Source: Puniceicoccaceae bacterium (lineage in GTDB: Bacteria > Verrucomicrobiota > Verrucomicrobiia > Opitutales > Oceanipulchritudinaceae). From it: DNA of 64,000 nt. Below the pieces are notes generated by a model, which saw nothing but the letters and a program-made list of their open reading frames with translations, did not search any database and was not told the DNA's origin. The position numbers and the translations under genes are program-made. This document shows positions 54,982-64,000 of the stretch, in pieces. The stretch spans positions 128,001-192,000 of the forward strand of contig JBFOMH010000005.1 of NCBI GenBank assembly GCA_040830765.1, written 5' to 3'. How positions within the stretch are numbered: position 1 is the first letter of the stretch; every line of letters starts with the position of its first letter.

Positions 54982-55695
54982 CTAGATACCTGTCTCCTTG
55001 ATGATTTGTTCCATCCGGGAAACTGCGTTCCTGAGGACAACCGCCAACTGGCGTGCACCCCTCTCTTCCGAGGCCTCCCGGGGATCATCCCCAGTTATGC
55101 CATCCTCATCGAGAGTCACCGGGCGATCCGGCAGTGCGGCCAGGTCAACCGAGGTCGGGTCAAAATACATCTGGAAGGAAGTTTCGGTGGCCCCGGCATG
55201 GTCCGCCTTGAATTCCTCCCCGAGAAAATGCAGATCCGCCCAGACCTCGAAGTGCGTCCCTTCCGTCTTGCTCTTTGCCCTGTCGGCCCCCACCTGGAGG
55301 GCATCGATCTGTTCCGGCGGATAGTGGCCGGTAAATAGAATCACCACCTTGAATCCCTCGTCTGCCAGTTGCAGACAGAACTCCTCCGCTACCCGGGAGG
55401 CGAGATCCGCCGAGATATCGATGGTATGCGGAAAGCCCTTGAACGGCTTGATGGTGTTGACCCCCATCGGCAGTGGTGGCAGCACCAGGCCGCCCGTCCT
55501 CGCCGCGAGTGCCTTGCAAATGCCATCGGCCTTTGTGGAATCCAGTCCAATCGGGTCATGCTGACTATGCCACTCCAAAGCACCCCAGGGAAGATAGGCA
55601 ATGGGCGACTGTTCCTTGATGGCCTCGATCGCCGCCGGACGCAGGTCACCGTAAACCCCATGGGCGGGGCGTGGCTCTTCAGCGGCCATGCTCAT
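54982..55695 (-). CDS. Creatininase/amidohydrolase family protein
   Basis: PWGALEWHSQHDPIGLDS, FTGHY and DHAGATETS are the metal-ligand motifs of the creatininase family. Confidence 0.9.
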   Translation of the reverse strand: MSMAAEEPRPAHGVYGDLRPAAIEAIKEQSPIAYLPWGALEWHSQHDPIGLDSTKADGICKALAARTGGLVLPPLPMGVNTIKPFKGFPHTIDISADLASRVAEEFCLQLADEGFKVVILFTGHYPPEQIDALQVGADRAKSKTEGTHFEVWADLHFLGEEFKADHAGATETSFQMYFDPTSVDLAALPDRPVTLDEDGITGDDPREASEERGARQLAVVLRNAVSRMEQIIKETGI

Positions 55696-57008
55696 GCCAC
55701 CCCGGCCAATTCGAGGATCTTGTTACCGGTCAAGCGCTCCTCCTTGGAGAGGGAATGCGGCGTCTTGGTCCCGTGGATAGCCATCAGCTCATTGAAGTGC
55801 TTCTTTGTCTCCTCGACAAACTCGTCAACTGTCCGCTCGTCATTGAAGAGCTTCATGATCTCCGGCAACCAGCGATGCCCGTAGCGGACATGGTTCTGCT
55901 CATCGTTGCGGTCGAAGGCCAGTAGCGTATCCGCCTCGAAGTCATTCAACTCACGGACCCGGTCCATAACCAGGGCCTTGGTCGGAAAGCTTCCCGCCTC
56001 AAATTCCATTGTCATCATGGCATAGCGTTCCGGCGGACTCATGTGGATGAGCGTGTTGTACAATTCCAGGGAGTGCTCGACCGTGTTCAGGTCGACTCCG
56101 AGCCCCGGCAACTGGCGGTAGCCAAACTGGCTGTGGCGCGATTCGTCCCAGAGGTGACGGGCCAGATCAAAATGCAAGTCAAAGGGAGCTTCCGGCGTAT
56201 CGTAGAAGACTGTCGCCAGATAATCCACCGCATCGAGTTCCATCATCAACCAGACATAGACCATCAGCCGGATGACCTTGGCATCCGTCTTTTTGTCCTC
56301 CAGCCAGGGCCGGACAATAGGATCCGCCTCCGGATCATGACCAAAGACACTGGAGCAGACCGGATAATTTCCCCGGTTGCAGACCTCCGGATGCGTGTAC
56401 TCACTTTCCTGATACACCCATGTATAGTCCGCCGGCAAGGTTGTGCGTGGCTCATTGCCGAGCCAACCACCCAAAGCGGCCATGGCCGACGAAAGGTGGT
56501 CCACCCATTCAGCCGCTTCCACATTGGCCAAGTACGGCACAATCTCCTCAGCATGGCGCACTTCGTCCAAAATGAACTCCTCCACCAGATGCCGCGAGGG
56601 CCAGTCAGCCAGTTGGTGGGTGGCTTCGATGTAGTCCCGGTAGGCCTGGAGGATCGCTGGCTTGATCACCTTGTAGAAGCCTGCCAGGGAAACCATTGGA
56701 TCTTCCGGACGGAGAGCTTCCTCGAAAATCGAACGGAAGCTTTCCCGGACTGTTTCCCCTTTGCCAAAACCGCTCATCTCCCTACCCCGCTCCCGGAGGA
56801 AACGGGCATGCCCGGCAGATTCCCAAACGTGCTGGCAGAGGAGGTATTTCAGTTCAATCTCACCGACCCGGGGAACGAGGGCAGTCGCGCAGCGGACAAA
56901 TTCCCGCTCCACCTCGAAGAGCATGCGTTGGAAAGCGGCCATTTCCTGGACCGCGGCCATGCGACCGGTGGCCGAACGGGCATTGGATGTGGTTGTCGAA
57001 GTCTTCAT
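55692..57008 (-). CDS. Tandem ferritin-like (DUF455-like) putative diiron protein
   Basis: C-terminal half has MELDAVD, DESRH, EFEAG and DEQNHVRYGHRW (E, ExxH, E, ExxH). N-terminal half has WESAGH and DEVRH. Confidence 0.75.
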   Translation of the reverse strand: MKTSTTTSNARSATGRMAAVQEMAAFQRMLFEVEREFVRCATALVPRVGEIELKYLLCQHVWESAGHARFLRERGREMSGFGKGETVRESFRSIFEEALRPEDPMVSLAGFYKVIKPAILQAYRDYIEATHQLADWPSRHLVEEFILDEVRHAEEIVPYLANVEAAEWVDHLSSAMAALGGWLGNEPRTTLPADYTWVYQESEYTHPEVCNRGNYPVCSSVFGHDPEADPIVRPWLEDKKTDAKVIRLMVYVWLMMELDAVDYLATVFYDTPEAPFDLHFDLARHLWDESRHSQFGYRQLPGLGVDLNTVEHSLELYNTLIHMSPPERYAMMTMEFEAGSFPTKALVMDRVRELNDFEADTLLAFDRNDEQNHVRYGHRWLPEIMKLFNDERTVDEFVEETKKHFNELMAIHGTKTPHSLSKEERLTGNKILELAGVA

Positions 57009-57029
57009 GAAATTCGTTTTCGTAAACGG

Positions 57030-57953
57030 TTAGCAGATGCGGCCACGCTTGCCGGCGAGGGAGTGTCCGGGTGGCTCAGCCCCAATCCAGCGGTCATCAA
57101 TCGGCTCACTGGCCCGCTGGTAGCGGCTGTCGCTGGAGAGCCGGATGCGGTTTTCGGATCGATTGTCGAGGGAGGCATGGACGAGAAACATGCCAAAGGT
57201 GAGGAAGTCTCCCGCCTCGTATTCGGTGGTCAGCCAGCGCCCGCCAAACTTGTTCCGGACAATGGGCGGGTTGTGGGAAAGCGTCCCGGTGAAGGTCCAG
57301 CCGCCGTCCTCGGCGCGCTTTTTCTGCTCCGGCTTGTTTTCGCAGAATTCGTCGACGTCGCGGAAGACGTAGTTCTTTAGCAGGTCCATCCGCTTGTGGG
57401 AGCCTTCGAGCACCATGAGACCACCCAGCTTGAAGGATATGTCCCCGTAAGGCAGCCAGCAGGTCATGTGCTGGTGCGTTCCCCGGCCCATGTACGGCAG
57501 GTCGCAATGGGGATTGGTTCCCTTTCCTGGACCAATCGCCCGCAGCCAGGTAAAGTCGTAATGCCGGATATTTTCGCCGAAAAGCTTTGTATAGAATTCC
57601 ACTAACCGACCGGAATAGAGCAACTTCTGCACGTGTGGATTGTTATTGGCGAATTCAGGATTAAACCCATAGCCCGAATCATCATGGCAGACGCCTTCCA
57701 TGGGATCGTAGCGTTTGTCGAGGCCACCGGTCTCGGCCATCCGTTCCATGATGCTGGCCCGGCATTCAAGAACCTCATCGCGGTCCAGGTAGCCCTTCAT
57801 GTAGAGGTAACCGTCCTCGGCGACACGACGACGCAGCTCTTCTACGTCATCAGCTGCATCGGAGGAGTCGCGCAGGAGGCCAACCTTGTCATCGTCCATG
57901 TCGAGGGGATGACCGTAGGAATATAACTGGGGAATGGGTGAAAGGGTTTTCAT
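57030..57953 (-). CDS. Phytanoyl-CoA dioxygenase (PhyH) family Fe(II)/2-oxoglutarate oxygenase
   Basis: EDGYLYMKG, HxD (PHCDLPYMGRGT), TCWLPYGD..GGLMVLEGSH, distal His (VHASLDN) and 2OG-binding Arg (RLSSDSRY). Confidence 0.9.
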   Translation of the reverse strand: MKTLSPIPQLYSYGHPLDMDDDKVGLLRDSSDAADDVEELRRRVAEDGYLYMKGYLDRDEVLECRASIMERMAETGGLDKRYDPMEGVCHDDSGYGFNPEFANNNPHVQKLLYSGRLVEFYTKLFGENIRHYDFTWLRAIGPGKGTNPHCDLPYMGRGTHQHMTCWLPYGDISFKLGGLMVLEGSHKRMDLLKNYVFRDVDEFCENKPEQKKRAEDGGWTFTGTLSHNPPIVRNKFGGRWLTTEYEAGDFLTFGMFLVHASLDNRSENRIRLSSDSRYQRASEPIDDRWIGAEPPGHSLAGKRGRIC

Positions 57954-58057
57954 GATTCAAGAGAAGGTTAACTAATAAGGTTTATAAGATGATAATGCAG
58001 AAGAGGGCAATTCTGAATGGTTGAAATGGGAATTGTTTTGTATATATTGGTAAAATC

Positions 58058-58903
58058 ATGAAATCGCCTCCAATGATCCCCCGGGACTGGCTAAAAAGCC
58101 CTATTCAATCAGATTCTGGAAAAATCTGGATGGCCGGCCAACTCTGGGACAAATCGACAATAAATCCCAAGAAAATGCGTATTTTGGGAAGATTTGCCCT
58201 TATCCTTGTCAATCATGGCCGGGCCTTTTACGAGGACAGCACCGGCCGGAACCTCGATTTGGAAGCCGGGAACGCGGTCTTGGTCACCCCCACCCTGGCC
58301 CATGCCTATGGAAGCCGGGACGGTAATAAGTGGGGTCAAACCTTTGTCGTCTTTGATGGCCCCCTCTTTGAGCTATTGCAGGCATCGGAAGCCTTTCGCA
58401 ACAACCAGCCGGTGTGGAAACTTGCCCCGTTGAACTTGTGGCAAAAACGTCTGGAGGAAATCCTTCCCCCGGAACGGGCTGTCAATGAAGTGGCGGCGCT
58501 GGCCCGGGTCCACCAGTTCGGCCAGCTTCTCGTAGAGATGGTCCTTGCCGGGACAGATACTGGAAAATCCCGGGAAAACCTGTGGCTGGAGGAAAGTCAA
58601 CGCCTCCTTGGGGAGCAGCAGGAAGGCCGTTGGATGACCCCGCAGGAAGTGGCCCGGAAGGTTGGCCTGAGTTATGAAAGTTTCCGGAAATCATTTGCTG
58701 CCGCTACCGGAAATCCCCCGGCAAAGTTCCAGCAGCAACGCCGCATCGATCTTGCCTGCGCAGCCATTTACCGGGGCCAGGAAAACTTCAAGCAGCTGGC
58801 TGAACGGCTTGGCTTCTGCGATGTCTACCACTTCTCCAAGGTGTTCCGTCAAGTTACAGGGACGCCCCCCTCCGCTTACCGCAGGGTTGTCCGCGGTAGC
58901 TAG
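58058..58903 (+). CDS. AraC family transcriptional regulator
   Basis: N-terminal cupin-like domain (GNAVLVTPTLAHAY) and C-terminal double HTH (VARKVGLSYESFRKSF...LAERLGFCDVYHFSKVFRQVTGTPPSAYR). Divergent from phyH. Confidence 0.93.
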   Translation: MKSPPMIPRDWLKSPIQSDSGKIWMAGQLWDKSTINPKKMRILGRFALILVNHGRAFYEDSTGRNLDLEAGNAVLVTPTLAHAYGSRDGNKWGQTFVVFDGPLFELLQASEAFRNNQPVWKLAPLNLWQKRLEEILPPERAVNEVAALARVHQFGQLLVEMVLAGTDTGKSRENLWLEESQRLLGEQQEGRWMTPQEVARKVGLSYESFRKSFAAATGNPPAKFQQQRRIDLACAAIYRGQENFKQLAERLGFCDVYHFSKVFRQVTGTPPSAYRRVVRGS

Positions 58904-60195
58904 GAAGTCGACTCCACCGGTGCCTGCTCCTCTTTCTGCTGGAAGTGGCAACCTTCAAAGGCCGTGTACCCGGTCAGGTCCCTGAAGCCCGGCTCGACGG
59001 CCCAGGGAGCATCCAGCTCGGCAAATGAGCGGCCCTCATGGTAGGATCTCAGGGCATAGTACTCGAGGTCATGGAGGGAATCAAAGACGTCCCCATGTTC
59101 ATCGGTCAGGCGACGGCAGAACGCCTTGGGAACTGTATGAACGGGTGTTGTATCCTGAACCGCATTGACCCACTTGACCTCCCCTTCGGCATGCTGGGTG
59201 CTGCAGTAGTCGACACCCGGTTCCCCGCTGATGAGACGGACGACCTTTTCGAACATCTGTGCCCGCACGTGAAGGTTGTCCATCGTCTGGATTCTTTCGA
59301 TGCCGCCATTGACCTCAAGACTGTGACTGCCTCCGAACCGCCAGGTATAAACGCCCTTGGTCCCGTGGATGCGGATTTCCGGATCAATCCGGTGCATGGA
59401 GCCGTGCGAGAGAATCAGCGATGCCTGGATTCCTGTATCGAGGTTTCCAATACAGCGGACGGTGTCAAAATTCTCGATTGGCTTGCTCCGGTAAAGCTCC
59501 GCCTCCATAGCAACGACATCCGCCCGCTCCTGCAGGGATGGACCGGCAAAGTAGAGGATCATGTTGACCATGTGCGAGAGAGCATTGTGTAGTGGCGAAT
59601 CCAGTACCCAACCCTTGTTGTCGCGGATCTTCCCGGCCCAGTTGTTCCGCTCGTAGTACTCCGTGTTCCTCGGCCAGAGGCCAAAGCTCTCAATCTTGCG
59701 CAGTTCACCAATTTCCCCATCCAGAAAGCGCTGTTTAATGGCGATGGTGTCCCTTCCATAGACATGCTGGAATCCGATTGCCACCGGGAGTCCGGAAGCC
59801 TTTTCGGCCGCCTTTATCGCAGCAACCCCCTGGAGGGTCGGGGCCATGGGCTTCTCGAGAAGGACCGGCACCCCGCGCTGCAAACTGTCAACAGCCATGG
59901 TCTCGTGCCAACTGATGGCAGTCGGTATGCAGAGCCAGTCGAGGTTGTCGGCCTCGGCATCGAGCATCTTTTGGTAATCATCGTAGACAGGAACCTTGTT
60001 AGCCCGGAAGAACTGCATTGGAACCGGGGCATCCTGTGGATTGATAATGGTTGCCGCGCCCCACTCCACCAAGCCGGCCTGGACCAGCTTGGTCAGCTCC
60101 TCATAGTAGGCAAAGCCATAGCCTGTCGCCCCGATCAGGCCGACCCGCAGTGGGCGACTCGGTCTGCCGTTGGCTAATTTGGATGATGCAGCCAT
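58900..60195 (-). CDS. Gfo/Idh/MocA family NAD(P)-dependent oxidoreductase
   Basis: VGLIGATGYG, PTAISWH, VLLEKPMA, IGFQH, GEIGEL and WxR...Y..R..WAG. Confidence 0.9.
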   Translation of the reverse strand: MAASSKLANGRPSRPLRVGLIGATGYGFAYYEELTKLVQAGLVEWGAATIINPQDAPVPMQFFRANKVPVYDDYQKMLDAEADNLDWLCIPTAISWHETMAVDSLQRGVPVLLEKPMAPTLQGVAAIKAAEKASGLPVAIGFQHVYGRDTIAIKQRFLDGEIGELRKIESFGLWPRNTEYYERNNWAGKIRDNKGWVLDSPLHNALSHMVNMILYFAGPSLQERADVVAMEAELYRSKPIENFDTVRCIGNLDTGIQASLILSHGSMHRIDPEIRIHGTKGVYTWRFGGSHSLEVNGGIERIQTMDNLHVRAQMFEKVVRLISGEPGVDYCSTQHAEGEVKWVNAVQDTTPVHTVPKAFCRRLTDEHGDVFDSLHDLEYYALRSYHEGRSFAELDAPWAVEPGFRDLTGYTAFEGCHFQQKEEQAPVESTS

Positions 60196-60203
60196 GTTGC
60201 TGT

Positions 60204-62297
60204 CTATTCGCCGTCCTCGGGACGGGTGTATTCTTCAAAGGTGGGATTGGCGGCGGCCATTTTCAGGAAGACATCCAGGGGAACGATCTCAAAGGCGGGT
60301 CCAAGCTGGTCGAGGATGCTTTTCACGCGCGTGATGTCACTCCATTGACGGACGTGCATCAAGAGGAAATAGGGTCGTTTTTCGTTAATGGCCGCCAGTT
60401 CCCGCAAATCGGCCACGACCTCGGCTTCCGAGCGGTCCGGGGACATGTAGTAATCATAGGAGACCAGCGCGCGCCCGTCCCGCATGGCGAACGTATAGGC
60501 CGGGGCGTAGCCGTTGATAATGCCATGGACGTCCGGCATGGCCTCGAAATAGGCATCGATGACCGAATTGGGAAGATCGGGATTCCCCTCGATGGAAGCA
60601 CCCTCGGAGTAGTCCATGATCTCAAACACACTCAGGTCGAGGGTCTCCATGAACTCGACGGACTTGGCCAGTACCGTCGGGAGGTAATCCTTTGGGATGG
60701 CCTTGGCATACATGTAGCCCGGACCGGAAAGGCCGCCGATAAAGAGGTCGTTCGGCGTCGCCTGGTCATAGAACATCTCCAGCATCGAGGGGCCCATCCA
60801 GATCCAGTTGGGAGTCACCTGCCAGGCGTAGGGAATAGTCCCCCGGCCGGGACGCGTCCACGCGCCGATGCCCAGCGAATCCGTCTGCACCGCCGTCAGG
60901 TAGATCTTGTTTTCCGGGACAACGACCTCGTCACGGGTGACGTTGTGGTTGTTCTTGAATTCGAACCCGGGCGACAGCGGCACTTGGGTGTTGAAACTCA
61001 TGTTCGGCAGGGTGTGCAAGCCGGAGACCCGGATGACATGCGAGGAAGCCAGTTTCACATGATCCCGTTCCTTGTCCTTGGCATAGGAATGCCAGCCAAA
61101 GCACATTCCCATCGGGTTCATTTCCGAGAGCAACTGGTCCGCCATGGCATACTCCTCGACATCGTTGGGATCATCATCGTCGCAGGAAAGGTCGGTAAAG
61201 AAACACTCGTGGTACATCCCGAAATCAGCCACACCGGGTCGCATGCGGCGCCCGGCATCCCCACCCATCCAGACTATGTAGTCCTTGTTGGTCCGATCCC
61301 AGTAGGCATCGTAGGCCCAGCGGTAGATTTCGACATCACTCATGCCCGTAAAGCGGCCCCGGTAATCCTCGATTTGCTCAAGGCCGAACTCCTCCATCAA
61401 GGGAATGAATTCCTCGGAAATGACAATCGCGTCTTCCAGCCCGGCCAGGGTAAAGGCGACAATCAGGGAGGTCCGCTCCTCCGTGTCCCAGACGATGTAC
61501 TTGTCCACCTTGTCCTGAAATGTCTGCAGGGCCTGACGAAAAGAGCGGAGCTGGCGGAAGGTGAATTGCTTCTTGGCCTTGTAGTAGTCAAAAATTTCGT
61601 CCGTGAAGCGGAAATCCCATTCCGGGCCATAAATGAAATAGAGCAACGGTGCCTCTTCGTTGACCACCCCCTGGAGCGTGATGAGTGCCGCCTGCTCCGG
61701 TAGATCCCCGTCAATGTACCAGTTGTCGCTCATCTCCATGTAGTAGGCATCGCGCCAGCCCTCCCGCTTGAGGACATAGACAATCGGCTCATCGGCGGGC
61801 CGGGTCGGTCGGTACAGGGTCCAGGTCAGGACGGTGCCATTGGCATTCATCCGCAGGGTCGAGGAAAAGCGCATGTCTTTCCTTCCCTGGGAGGAAATGA
61901 CCGGGCAGGTCTCCTCGAGACGCAGTCCCATATAATCATCCTCCCACCCGGCTGTAATCAATCGATGGCTACCGACCTCACGGCGAACTCCCATGAAGAC
62001 GTTGCTCGGGAATACCTTATGGTCGATCTCCACCTTATTGACCGTTCCCCCAACCTCAAGGTCCAGCGTATCCTCCTGAAAACGCCGCGTTCCCCAACGC
62101 TCGGTGACGTGGATATGGTCTGCCGAAACGTGATGAAATTTCAGGCTGACGGACCGAAAGACATCCACGGCACTGCTTTGCTCGGGTACCATGACCCAGT
62201 TGCCCGTCCAGTCGTCAGGGGTAAGAGCGGCTGTACTGAGGTGCCCACCAGACACGCAGCCAGCGAGTACGGCCAAGATTCTGAAATAGGCTTTCAA
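60204..62297 (-). CDS. Secreted GxGYxYP-domain protein (putative glycoside hydrolase)
   Basis: Signal-peptide-like N-terminus (TTG start), LQGVVN..PLLY, YIVWD, FTLAGLEDAI, NMSF, YDQATPNDLFIGGLSGPGYMYA. Confidence 0.8.
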   Translation of the reverse strand: MKAYFRILAVLAGCVSGGHLSTAALTPDDWTGNWVMVPEQSSAVDVFRSVSLKFHHVSADHIHVTERWGTRRFQEDTLDLEVGGTVNKVEIDHKVFPSNVFMGVRREVGSHRLITAGWEDDYMGLRLEETCPVISSQGRKDMRFSSTLRMNANGTVLTWTLYRPTRPADEPIVYVLKREGWRDAYYMEMSDNWYIDGDLPEQAALITLQGVVNEEAPLLYFIYGPEWDFRFTDEIFDYYKAKKQFTFRQLRSFRQALQTFQDKVDKYIVWDTEERTSLIVAFTLAGLEDAIVISEEFIPLMEEFGLEQIEDYRGRFTGMSDVEIYRWAYDAYWDRTNKDYIVWMGGDAGRRMRPGVADFGMYHECFFTDLSCDDDDPNDVEEYAMADQLLSEMNPMGMCFGWHSYAKDKERDHVKLASSHVIRVSGLHTLPNMSFNTQVPLSPGFEFKNNHNVTRDEVVVPENKIYLTAVQTDSLGIGAWTRPGRGTIPYAWQVTPNWIWMGPSMLEMFYDQATPNDLFIGGLSGPGYMYAKAIPKDYLPTVLAKSVEFMETLDLSVFEIMDYSEGASIEGNPDLPNSVIDAYFEAMPDVHGIINGYAPAYTFAMRDGRALVSYDYYMSPDRSEAEVVADLRELAAINEKRPYFLLMHVRQWSDITRVKSILDQLGPAFEIVPLDVFLKMAAANPTFEEYTRPEDGE

Positions 62298-62453
62298 ACC
62301 AGAAACAGGATTCCTGAATCAGGCGCATTGGCAATTGACCTGTTATTTTACTGAAAAACAGAAGGAATCTCGTCCGGGGAATAGCGCACTGCAATCTTGG
62401 AAGCATGGATTGTCGCGGGAAAGCGGCCCATTTAACTCCTTGGAAACGCCACC

Positions 62454-63278
62454 TTGAATCTCGCCATTATCAGCGATGAAATCTCTCTTGATCTTGAGGA
62501 ATCCATCCGCCTCGGAAAGGAAATGGGATTTCACAAGTACGAATTCCGGTGCCTCGATGACTACGATCATCGCGTACCGGACCTCCTTCCCGGACGGAGG
62601 GAACAGCTTCAGAATCTGGTCGCCAACGATGAAATCCAGGTAACTGCCCTCTCTCCCGGAGTCTTCAAAATCAAGCCTGGTGAAACCGAACGGTTGCATA
62701 AGGAGATGGAAGACATCCTTCCCCGTACCTGCGTGATGGCAGTCGAGCTGGATGCCCCGAGGATCATCGTCTTCGGATTCCTGCGGGAGGCTGGCGTGCC
62801 GGAGGATCAGGTCATCGACCTGCTCAGGCAGGCCGCGCAGGTGGTGGACACATTCGGTTTGGAGATGTCGATTGAGAACGAGCCGGGGGCCTATTGTGAC
62901 ACAGGGGCAAATACCGCCAGGATGATCGATGCCATTGGCATGGACAATGTGACGGTCAACTGGGATCCCGCCAATGCGCATGTATCCGGCGAAGTTGCCT
63001 TCCCAGCCGGTTACGAAGCTGCCCTCCACCATATCGGCAATGTCCACATCAAGGACGCTGTTCCCATTCCACCAGACAAGTGGGAGAACCGCCTCATCGG
63101 CGATGGTGGTGTCGATTGGCCGGGACAATTGAGGCGACTGCTGCAAGATCGGCCGGTGGAGCACCTGACCCTGGAGACCCATGTCTTTCCCCTCATTGAG
63201 TCGACCCGCGAGGATCTTCGCCGCTTGATACATATGCTGGCGGAAGCTGAATCCAGCCTGAAGGGAGCGAAAGCATGA
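62454..63278 (+). CDS. Sugar phosphate isomerase/epimerase (xylose-isomerase-like TIM barrel)
   Basis: AIISDEIS, IENEPG, NWDPAN, VHIKD, GDGGVDW and TLETH; TTG start. Confidence 0.87.
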   Translation: MNLAIISDEISLDLEESIRLGKEMGFHKYEFRCLDDYDHRVPDLLPGRREQLQNLVANDEIQVTALSPGVFKIKPGETERLHKEMEDILPRTCVMAVELDAPRIIVFGFLREAGVPEDQVIDLLRQAAQVVDTFGLEMSIENEPGAYCDTGANTARMIDAIGMDNVTVNWDPANAHVSGEVAFPAGYEAALHHIGNVHIKDAVPIPPDKWENRLIGDGGVDWPGQLRRLLQDRPVEHLTLETHVFPLIESTREDLRRLIHMLAEAESSLKGAKA

Positions 63279-64000
63279 AGCTGTCCTATTGCACTTCATT
63301 CCTTGTCACTTCCCTGTCGACTACCCTGCTCCAGGCGGGAACGCCATGGGAGGATATCACCAATGAGGTGGGCATCGGACAAAACCATGTCGCCCGCTTG
63401 AAGTTTGCCGACCTCAACAACGATCATTGGCCAGACATTGTGATTCTGCCGGAATTCAGGGCCGGCGGGGAACCCCTGGTGTTCCTCAACTCCGGTGGTG
63501 GGGACTCCGTCCAATTCCAATCCCTTTCATCCACGGGACTTCCGTCCCTTGGGCGGGGGGACGTCCTTGCCTTCGCCGACCTGAACAATGACGGGAAGGC
63601 CGATGCCATCATTGGACGCTATCTGGATATTTACCAGGAGGATTACAGTCCGCCGGAAATTGAACCAACCCGCACCGCCTGGCTGGCCGGCAACGGTGAT
63701 GGGACTTTTGCAGAGCCGCAGATTCTCGAATCAGCCCAATTGGCCACGACCTGTGCCATCGCGGTTGGGGACGTCAACCAGGACGGCCTGCCGGATATCC
63801 TTCTGGGCAACTGGTATGAGCGCTACTTCAGCGGATTTGAGGGATTTTCCAACGACCTTCTCCTGCAATACGGGGACGAGCAGGCCTTTGCCCGCTGGCC
63901 AGTGCCGGATGAAAGCCGCGTCACGGATTATCATGATGACCTTGCCGGGCGCCCGACCTACGGGGCCGCCCTGCCCCGGTTGGATGATGGCCTGCCGATG
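63275..64000 (+). CDS. Secreted FG-GAP repeat (CRTAC1/ASPIC-UnbV-like) protein, partial
   Basis: Not in the ORF track. The ATG at 63275 overlaps the upstream stop (ATGA). MKLSYCTSFLVTSLSTTLLQAG..WEDIT, FADLNNDHWPDI, FADLNNDGKADAI, GDVNQDGLPDILLGN; open to the window end. Confidence 0.82.
   Translation, partial: MKLSYCTSFLVTSLSTTLLQAGTPWEDITNEVGIGQNHVARLKFADLNNDHWPDIVILPEFRAGGEPLVFLNSGGGDSVQFQSLSSTGLPSLGRGDVLAFADLNNDGKADAIIGRYLDIYQEDYSPPEIEPTRTAWLAGNGDGTFAEPQILESAQLATTCAIAVGDVNQDGLPDILLGNWYERYFSGFEGFSNDLLLQYGDEQAFARWPVPDESRVTDYHDDLAGRPTYGAALPRLDDGLPM

Noticed and set aside
56043..63299. Long opposite-strand ORFs 56043..57380, 60051..61703 and 62343..63299
   Set aside because: Each lies antisense to a well-supported gene and lacks family motifs.
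1..64000. CRISPR arrays, IS/transposases, integrases, rRNA, NRPS/PKS
   Set aside because: None seen. The repeats in the window are intragenic protein repeats, and the giant ORF lacks A/C/KS domain motifs.

Overview
GC-rich bacterial DNA. The gene content suggests Verrucomicrobiota (Opitutales/Puniceicoccaceae-like), but this is an inference. About 70% of the window is one uninterrupted ~45 kb minus-strand gene (2168..47221, ~15,017 aa) for a giant LEPR-xLL extracellular protein. From the N-terminus it carries a HExxH zinc-metalloprotease-like domain, a buried Zn-dependent phospholipase C/P1-nuclease-like domain, a 7-blade FG-GAP propeller, a very long Gly/Ala/Ser beta-helical stalk with ~490-codon tandem duplications, RTX Ca-binding repeats, cadherin-like domains, a proprotein-convertase P-domain and a C-terminal matrixin-like protease. 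To its left are an S10 carboxypeptidase (partial) and an orphan TonB. To its right are an Stf0-type sulfotransferase, a trimeric [FeFe]-hydrogenase (hydC-hydB-hydA) with non-bifurcating signatures, a secreted HAF-repeat protein and tRNA-Gly(CCC). Next comes an AraC-linked operon of PhyH dioxygenase, tandem ferritin-like (DUF455-like) protein, creatininase and aldo-keto reductase. The window ends with a carbohydrate cluster (Gfo/Idh/MocA, GxGYxYP, TIM-barrel isomerase, partial FG-GAP protein). All calls come from reading motifs by eye; no database searches were run.
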